From an uncultured Thermoplasmata archaeon (GTDB lineage Archaea > Thermoplasmatota > Thermoplasmata > Halarchaeoplasmatales > Halarchaeoplasmataceae): a stretch of DNA of 12,533 nucleotides. Within the stretch, counting starts at the first letter, position 1; each line of letters opens with the position of its first letter. A program made the position numbers and the translations under genes. The notes below the pieces were generated by a model. It was not told where the DNA came from, did not search any database, and worked only from the letters and a program-made list of their open reading frames with translations. This document shows, piece by piece, positions 7,204-12,533 of the stretch. The stretch is from contig CAYNQI010000029.1 of the NCBI GenBank assembly GCA_964399335.1, positions 1 to 12,533 on the forward strand, given 5' to 3'.

Positions 7204-7547
7204 ATCTGTATTTTGAGATTGTAGATTGGAATCCATTATTTATGATATTTATGGCATGTTTTGTAATGTTCGTAATATATATTCTATATAGGATGGGTAA
7301 TTCAACTTATAGAAAAACAAAATATAAAGGTGAACCATTTTTATCTGGTAACCCACCAGTTGGAGAATGGAAAGATGATTTAGAACCTATCAATATTCGA
7401 GGTGACAGTTTTTATTGGGGTTTCATCCAAGCATTGAAATTTTATTTCAAACCTTTGATCGCAGGACACACTGGCCGTCTGAATGATTACATATTCTGGT
7501 TCATCATAACTTTAGTGGTTGTAATGGTGGTGTTATCTTTCGCATAA
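7200..7547 (+). CDS. mbhI: MbhI-like membrane subunit of group 4 membrane-bound hydrogenase (115 aa)
   Basis: W.PL TM1, loop PFLSG, FYWG and C-terminal HTG.L.DY plus TM match my recollection of MbhI. ATGA overlap with the upstream gene and RBS GGGGTGAT. Confidence 0.75.
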   Translation: MNLYFEIVDWNPLFMIFMACFVMFVIYILYRMGNSTYRKTKYKGEPFLSGNPPVGEWKDDLEPINIRGDSFYWGFIQALKFYFKPLIAGHTGRLNDYIFWFIITLVVVMVVLSFA

Positions 7548-7558
7548 ACAAGAAAATC

Positions 7559-7578
7559 ATGTATATGGATTATAAGCT
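7559..7578 (+). repeat. Copy 2 of the 20-bp intergenic motif ATGTATATGGATTATAAGCT
   Basis: 18/20 identical to 5506-5525, with an exact 13-nt core TATATGGATTATA. Confidence 0.7.
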
Positions 7579-7601
7579 TATGAGATCCTCATCGCTTATC
7601 C
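7567..7601 (+). other. Imperfect stem-loop in the mbhI-mbhM spacer
   Basis: ATAAGC-tt-ATGAG-atc-CTCAT-c-GCTTAT (7572-7599), with alternative GGAT/ATCC outer pairing. Confidence 0.5.
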
Positions 7602-7623
7602 GGTACGGGAAATGGAGGTATAG

Positions 7624-8679
7624 ATGATGGATTTTGGAACATTATCCAGCGTAATTTTGAAGATAATATCCTCATTACTGATAATCGCGTTGGGTATATT
7701 TTTAGGACTATTTTACAAAGGGATCGATAGAAAGGTGAGTGCGATGATGCAGTCTAGGATAGGACCACCTATAATCCAACCCTTCAGGGATGTAAGAAAG
7801 TTATTAACGAAAGAAAGTATTGTCCCTGATAATGCTATAGGATATCTGTTTAATTTAGCACCACTCATAGCTCTATTGGCACCACTTTTAGTTCTTCTCT
7901 ATATCCCGATAGGTCCTTTCGATCCTTTACTAGAGGGATATGGAGATCTGATATTAGTTCTGTATCTATTGGCATTACCCCCATTAGCAACTGCTGTTGG
8001 AGGGTCCTCTAGTGGATCCCCTTATGCTGTATTAGGTGCACAGAGAAAAGTAGTATTGATGATGAGTTACGAACTTCCTTTAGCGATATCAACACTCACT
8101 GTAGTTTGGAAGATAGGTTCCACAGTTGATGATAGTTTAAATCCATTCTCTTTAAGCGTGATTAACTCATATCCCATCTGGGGGCAAGTAGGTCTTTTAG
8201 GAGCAGTAGGGGTAGCTTTGGTAACGATTGCAGTGTTTGCTGTGATGCCTGGTGAACTTTCAAAGGAACCTTTTGGGCAGACTGAAGCTAAGACCGAGAT
8301 CGCAGGTGGCGCTTTGGCAGAATACAGCGGTAGGAATCTTGCATTTTACTATATAGCAAGTGCTGTTCATATGATGGTTTTTGGCAGTTTGATAATATCG
8401 ATATTCTTCCCATACCAACTATCTGAAATTTTGTATCCTACTATAAATATTGCTGGACCCTTGATACCTTATTTAGAGATGGGACTTTGGGCATTATTGG
8501 TAGATACCGTTTTCTTCCTGCTCAAATTGATGGTCATCATATACATCGGTGTATCTCTTTTAGGGGTATCTTTTGCTAGATTTCAGATCGACAAGGTGAG
8601 TTATGTTTATTGGATACCGATCTCTATATTGGCCTTTATCGGCCTTATATTAGTATTCGTAGAATCTATCTTATTTTAA
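7624..8679 (+). CDS. MbhM / NuoH / HycD-like membrane subunit (respiratory-chain NADH dehydrogenase subunit 1 family)
   Basis: Motifs GIDRKV.A.MQSRIGPP..QPF.DV.KLL.KE, SSGSPY..LGA.R, SYELP and PF...EA..EIAGG..AEYSG, with about 8 TM segments. RBS GGAGGT at 7614-7619. Confidence 0.92.
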   Translation: MMDFGTLSSVILKIISSLLIIALGIFLGLFYKGIDRKVSAMMQSRIGPPIIQPFRDVRKLLTKESIVPDNAIGYLFNLAPLIALLAPLLVLLYIPIGPFDPLLEGYGDLILVLYLLALPPLATAVGGSSSGSPYAVLGAQRKVVLMMSYELPLAISTLTVVWKIGSTVDDSLNPFSLSVINSYPIWGQVGLLGAVGVALVTIAVFAVMPGELSKEPFGQTEAKTEIAGGALAEYSGRNLAFYYIASAVHMMVFGSLIISIFFPYQLSEILYPTINIAGPLIPYLEMGLWALLVDTVFFLLKLMVIIYIGVSLLGVSFARFQIDKVSYVYWIPISILAFIGLILVFVESILF

Positions 8680-8690
8680 TACCACAACTG

Positions 8691-8698
8691 ATATATGT
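8691..8698 (+). promoter_or_regulatory. Candidate TATA box for a leaderless P-type ATPase transcript
   Basis: ATATATGT about 26-33 nt upstream of ATG 8724, with no RBS before that ATG. Confidence 0.35.
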
Positions 8699-8723
8699 AA
8701 TAATTTCGTTTAGCATCCGGATT

Positions 8724-11315
8724 ATGACAAAAGGACTCACATCAGAGACCGCCGCCAGGAGGCTTGAAAAGTTTGGGCCCAATGAACTAGAGAAGGGAGA
8801 GGAAACGACACCATTAGACGTGTTATTAGATCAGTTTAGAGAGAACATATTGATATGGATCCTTATGGTTGCAGCTATCGTTTCATATGCGGCTAATGAG
8901 ATGGCTGAATTCTATTTTGTAGTCGCTATAATCATAATCGTTGCAGCTATGGGATCAATCCAGGAATGGAAAGCTGAAAAGGCTATGCAGGAACTGCAAA
9001 AGATGGCGGCACCGTCTGTTGAGGTTTACAGGGATGGCAAGATCAAATCTGAAGAGGGTAGAAAGTTAGTTCCTGGAGACCTAATTATTTTAGAGATGGG
9101 AGATAAAGTCCCTGCAGACGCTAGCGTGGCCCAATCCAATAATCTAAAAGTTGACGAATCAATATTGACCGGTGAGAGTGAAGCAGTTACTAAAAACATC
9201 GATGATGAAATTTATTCGGGTACAGTTGTTTCGAGAGGAAGATGTGAGGCCTTTGTAGAAAAGACTGGTATGAGGACTAAATTAGGTGAAATCGCAGGCG
9301 AACTTCAGGAGGAAACTATAGATACACCTCTTCAAAGAAAGACAAAGGATCTTGCAAAAAAGATCGGATATATCGCTGTACTTGTTTCAGTGGTTTTATT
9401 TGGGATCGGATTTTGGGCCGGTGTTGGAACAGAATTGATTTTAACTGTAACCATCGCTGTAGCCGTTGCTGTGGTACCAGAAGCTCTGCCACTCACCATG
9501 ACGGTAACATTGTCTTTAGGCATGAAAGACCTTGCAAAAAAGAACGCCCTTGTAAAGAAGATGTTAGCTGTTGAAGGATTAGGTTCTACCACGGTGATCT
9601 GTACCGATAAAACCGGAACACTTACAAAGAACGAGATGACCGTTAAGCGTGTTTACGCAGGTGGTGAAGGATTTGAAGTAGGCGGTACTGGGTATTCATC
9701 TAAAGGAAAGATAAAGCAAAGTGGTGAACCCGTTGATGTAAAAAAGAATAAGTCTTTAGATCTTCTGGTAAAAAATGGGGCTCTTTGTAACAATGCACTT
9801 ATCCACTTTGAAGATGATGGTGAGGAAGTCCACGGGGAACCAACTGAAGCTGCTCTTGTTACATTGGGGGAAAAGGCAGGTTATAGAACTCAGGAATTAC
9901 GGGATAAAAACAAACGTGTAGAAGAGATATTGTTCACATCTGAAAGAAAAAGGATGACGACCATCCATGAGGACTCAGAAGCAGACAAACACCGAGCTTA
10001 CATGAAGGGGGCTCCAGAGATAGTTGTCGAAAGATGCACTCACATCTTAGAAGATGGGGAGAGGAAAGAGCTTACAGAAAAAAAGAAAGAGGAGATATTG
10101 AAACGTACTAAAAAATATGCTCAGGACGCCATGAGGGTACTAGCTTTTGCTTATAGATACGATCCACCTGTTAGTGTTGAGGAAGACATAGTTGAAAATG
10201 AGATGACATTTTTAGGTTTAACTGGAATCATCGATCCTCCCCGACAAGAAGTTCCAAAAGCGATAAGGAGATGTAAAACAGCTGGTATCCAGGTAAAGAT
10301 GGTAACTGGAGATAATTCCGATACTGCTAGAGCCATCGCAGAAAGCATCGATCTGACCGATAATCCCCGTGTGATCACCGGTGAAGAGATGGATGGGATG
10401 ACAGATGAAGAACTTAGCGAGGTCATAGAGGATGTAGATGTGTACGCAAGGACCCATCCCGGCAACAAATCACAGATAGTAAAAGCTCTTCAAGCCCATG
10501 GAGAAGTAGTTGCCATGACCGGTGACGGTGTAAACGATGCACCGGCAGTCAACCATGCAGATATCGGTATAGGGATGGGTATCAAAGGTACTGACGTCAC
10601 GAAAGAAGCCAGCGATATGATCCTTCAAGACGATAACTTTGGAACTATCGAAAAGGCCATCGAAGGAGGAAGAAAGATATACGATAATATAGAAAAATTT
10701 GTCACATTCTTACTTTCAAGAAATTTCACCGAAGTCATACTTATAGCATCGATCTTGGGGTTCACTAGAAACTTCGCTCTACTACCGCTAGGCGCTATGC
10801 AGATCCTTTTCTTGAATATGATCGGGCAGACCGGTCCAGGTATGGGGCTCGGTGTCGATCCGGCTGACGAGGGTATCATGGATAGACCCCCTCGAGATCC
10901 TAACAGAGAACTGCTCAATAACAGGAATATTTTCATGATAGTGGCTATGGCTATAACCATGGTCGCCATGGCCACCGTCGCCTTTTACTATGGACTGACC
11001 AATGGAGATATAGATTTAGCTAGAACAATGGCTTTCACATCCATATCCGTGATGATAGTGGTCAATGCCTATAATTTCCGATCGTTAGACAAGACAATAG
11101 GTCAATTCAATCCTTTCAAAAATAAATTCATCATATTGGCCAGTCTGATAACCATACCCATGATACTTTTGACCTTGTACTATGAGCCTTTACAGGCAGT
11201 TTTCGGTAATGTACCTTTAGGAAGAACCGAATGGTTGATAGCAGGTGGAAGTGGACTAGCGACGATAGGTCTACTAGAGATGGTAAAAAGACTCACTAAG
11301 GTACTTGACCTGTGA
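8724..11315 (+). CDS. P2-type cation-transporting P-type ATPase with atypical ion-binding site (863 aa from ATG 8724)
   Basis: Motifs GLT...A..RL.KFGPNEL, DES.LTGES, VPEALP, DKTGTLT (phospho-Asp codon 9606), KGAPE, DPPR, MVTGD and TGDGVNDAPA, with 10-TM layout. The ORF-track extension to 8610 overlaps the mbhM-like gene and is not credible. Confidence 0.95.
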   Translation: MTKGLTSETAARRLEKFGPNELEKGEETTPLDVLLDQFRENILIWILMVAAIVSYAANEMAEFYFVVAIIIIVAAMGSIQEWKAEKAMQELQKMAAPSVEVYRDGKIKSEEGRKLVPGDLIILEMGDKVPADASVAQSNNLKVDESILTGESEAVTKNIDDEIYSGTVVSRGRCEAFVEKTGMRTKLGEIAGELQEETIDTPLQRKTKDLAKKIGYIAVLVSVVLFGIGFWAGVGTELILTVTIAVAVAVVPEALPLTMTVTLSLGMKDLAKKNALVKKMLAVEGLGSTTVICTDKTGTLTKNEMTVKRVYAGGEGFEVGGTGYSSKGKIKQSGEPVDVKKNKSLDLLVKNGALCNNALIHFEDDGEEVHGEPTEAALVTLGEKAGYRTQELRDKNKRVEEILFTSERKRMTTIHEDSEADKHRAYMKGAPEIVVERCTHILEDGERKELTEKKKEEILKRTKKYAQDAMRVLAFAYRYDPPVSVEEDIVENEMTFLGLTGIIDPPRQEVPKAIRRCKTAGIQVKMVTGDNSDTARAIAESIDLTDNPRVITGEEMDGMTDEELSEVIEDVDVYARTHPGNKSQIVKALQAHGEVVAMTGDGVNDAPAVNHADIGIGMGIKGTDVTKEASDMILQDDNFGTIEKAIEGGRKIYDNIEKFVTFLLSRNFTEVILIASILGFTRNFALLPLGAMQILFLNMIGQTGPGMGLGVDPADEGIMDRPPRDPNRELLNNRNIFMIVAMAITMVAMATVAFYYGLTNGDIDLARTMAFTSISVMIVVNAYNFRSLDKTIGQFNPFKNKFIILASLITIPMILLTLYYEPLQAVFGNVPLGRTEWLIAGGSGLATIGLLEMVKRLTKVLDL

Positions 11316-11370
11316 AAAGAAAAAATCTTTTTATCAGGGTTGAAACCCTGAGTTATCCTTTATTTTTTAA
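11316..11370. terminator. Bidirectional terminator between the ATPase and usp
   Basis: Hairpin TCAGGGT-TGAA-ACCCTGA (11334-11351), flanked by an A-rich tract on the left and a T-rich tract (TTTATTTTTT) on the right. Confidence 0.75.
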
Positions 11371-11371
11371 T

Positions 11372-12181
11372 TTAGTCTTCAACAAATAGTATCGGATCTC
11401 TTGTTTCAACGATGATCTCCCGTTCAAGTTTACCTACAGCAAAGGGTGGATATAACTTTCTTAGTTCGTATTTTAGACCAGGTCTTCCAAGACTTGCAAC
11501 CATGAAATCGTACTTTTTTGATTCTTCGACTATCTCTTCATGTGGTTTTACAGCGCAGGATCTCAGTTTATACTTCAATTTTTTTTCTTCAGCAAAATCG
11601 TGTAGTTTTTTAAAGGTAGATTCTGTTTCAGACCCACCTCGAGTACTCAGAACCTCCAGCTTCCCGTCAAAATATTCTACCAACTCGATAGCCATATAAC
11701 CGGCCTTTAAGGAATATTTACTCCCACTGCTTGGATGTAACAGTTTCTTAGGTTTTTTTATGTCCACGATCGAGTCGAAAACTAGAACGGGGATAGGACT
11801 GTGTTCAAGCACATGCAGGCACGTATCTCCAATCTCATAGGTCTGGGTCCCTGATTTAGATTGAGTCCCCATAACGATCAATTCTATGTTTTTTTCCTTA
11901 GCATAACGTATGATTTCTTTACTTGGGGTCCCCTTTCTAATGATCTTTTTTATTTTATGGATACCCATCTCATGGAGGATATCTACCCCATCTTGGATGG
12001 CCATTTTAGAAGATTTCTTTAGATCTTTCATAAGGATGTTTGTTATGGGGATATTTTTATCGCTTGTATTGATAACGTTCAATATGTGGTATTTTGCATC
12101 TGGAAAAGCATTAGCTGTGTATTTCATTGCATTTTTCATGAGTTGAGAGTCATCGGTTGCTATCAAGATAGCTTCAAACAT
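11372..12181 (-). CDS. Universal stress protein with two tandem USP domains
   Basis: Domain 1 has ILIATDDS, IRKG.PSKEII.YA.E.NI.LIVMG and L.HSP.PVLV. Domain 2 has LLHPSSGS.YS..A...A.EL, P.EEIVEES..YD..V and TRDPILFV. Confidence 0.92.
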   Translation of the reverse strand: MFEAILIATDDSQLMKNAMKYTANAFPDAKYHILNVINTSDKNIPITNILMKDLKKSSKMAIQDGVDILHEMGIHKIKKIIRKGTPSKEIIRYAKEKNIELIVMGTQSKSGTQTYEIGDTCLHVLEHSPIPVLVFDSIVDIKKPKKLLHPSSGSKYSLKAGYMAIELVEYFDGKLEVLSTRGGSETESTFKKLHDFAEEKKLKYKLRSCAVKPHEEIVEESKKYDFMVASLGRPGLKYELRKLYPPFAVGKLEREIIVETRDPILFVED

Positions 12182-12205
12182 ATTGAATCATAAATTTATA
12201 GGTAT

Positions 12206-12213
12206 TATATAAA
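12206..12213 (-). promoter_or_regulatory. Consensus TATA box for leaderless usp
   Basis: Minus-strand TTTATATA, 25-32 nt upstream of the ATG at 12181. No RBS. Confidence 0.65.
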
Positions 12214-12511
12214 CTATTATCACTAAAATCTTTGAAATAAACTATGATGCGATTTTACTTCAAAAAATGGGAAAAAAGTTATTAAAGTTCTATAAGATTT
12301 TGTTACATGAATGCAGAGCATTCATTCGATGTTGGCAATTTGATTCCTCGTAAAGCAGTAGATGACAAAATCAAATTACAAAGAGGTTTTGGTCTCGAGT
12401 GTTTTCAAAAAGAAACCGAGAGACACAAGGATATTAATCCTGCATGTCTTCCACTATAGATAATTATAAACATATATAAATTATTTTAATTGGTCAAATT
12501 ATAGAATATTT

Positions 12512-12533
12512 CTAGTCTTCAACAAATAGTATC
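12512..12533 (-). CDS. 3' end of a second USP-like gene (…ILFVED*), continuing beyond the window
   Basis: 12513-12533 is identical to 11373-11393 (21/21 nt). Only the stop codon differs (TAG vs TAA). Only 22 nt are visible. Confidence 0.6.

Noticed and set aside
8610-8723. 38-aa N-terminal extension of the ATPase overlapping the mbhM-like gene
   Set aside because: It overlaps the upstream CDS by 70 nt, and family homology (GLT...RL..FGPNEL) begins right after ATG 8724.
930-10829. Idea that recurrent Gln at functional sites (GyrI-like, SemiSWEET-like, MbhH-like, ATPase) reflects CAG/CAA recoding or RNA editing
   Set aside because: Gln codons also encode normally conserved Gln (thermosome QD..GDGT, tmk AYQ, ISQ.GY, ATPase QILF), and the expected residues differ (E, K, D, W), so no single recoding explains them.
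9332-10975. Minus-strand ORFs within the ATPase (9332-9592, 10151-10468, 10218-10457, 10625-10975)
   Set aside because: Antisense shadows of a conserved gene.
11412-12146. Plus-strand ORFs 11412-11699 and 11910-12146
   Set aside because: Antisense shadows of usp.
1-12533. CRISPR arrays, tRNA/rRNA genes, IS elements, integrases
   Set aside because: No regularly spaced repeats, cloverleaf patterns, transposase motifs or terminal inverted repeats with target-site duplications were seen by eye.

Overview
Archaeal chromosomal window, probably a euryarchaeal/Thermoplasmatota-like lineage (inference from TFB, thermosome, the Lsm-rpl37e pair, GGTGAT-type RBSs, BRE/TATA promoters and visibly acidic soluble proteins). 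The left half (1-5400) is housekeeping and stress genes: the 3' end of tfb, a small hypothetical gene, a stand-alone GyrI-like protein, an aldo/keto reductase with a 2x[4Fe-4S] tail, a thermosome subunit, a SemiSWEET/PQ-loop-like half transporter coupled to tmk, and Lsm plus rpl37e (missed by the ORF track). The right half (5400-12533) is an ion-transport block. It holds an orphan three-gene membrane module resembling MbhH (MrpD/NuoN-like), MbhI and MbhM (NuoH-like) of group 4 membrane-bound hydrogenases, with no catalytic or Na+-module genes in view. It is followed by a P2-type ATPase, a convergent two-domain USP gene and the last 22 nt of a second USP-like copy. The strongest signal is in this block: the conserved charged ion-pathway residues look neutralised (MbhH-like TM5 E->Q and TM8 K->Q; MbhM-like acidic loop D->G and E->K; ATPase TM5 S->R, TM6 D->Q and TM8 E->I). 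The MbhH-like gene also lacks a canonical start at its expected N-terminus, next to a G7A5 tract, and an 18/20 repeated motif sits upstream of both the H-like and M-like genes. All alignments to reference proteins were made by eye from remembered motifs and need computational confirmation. No rRNA, tRNA, CRISPR array or mobile element was seen.
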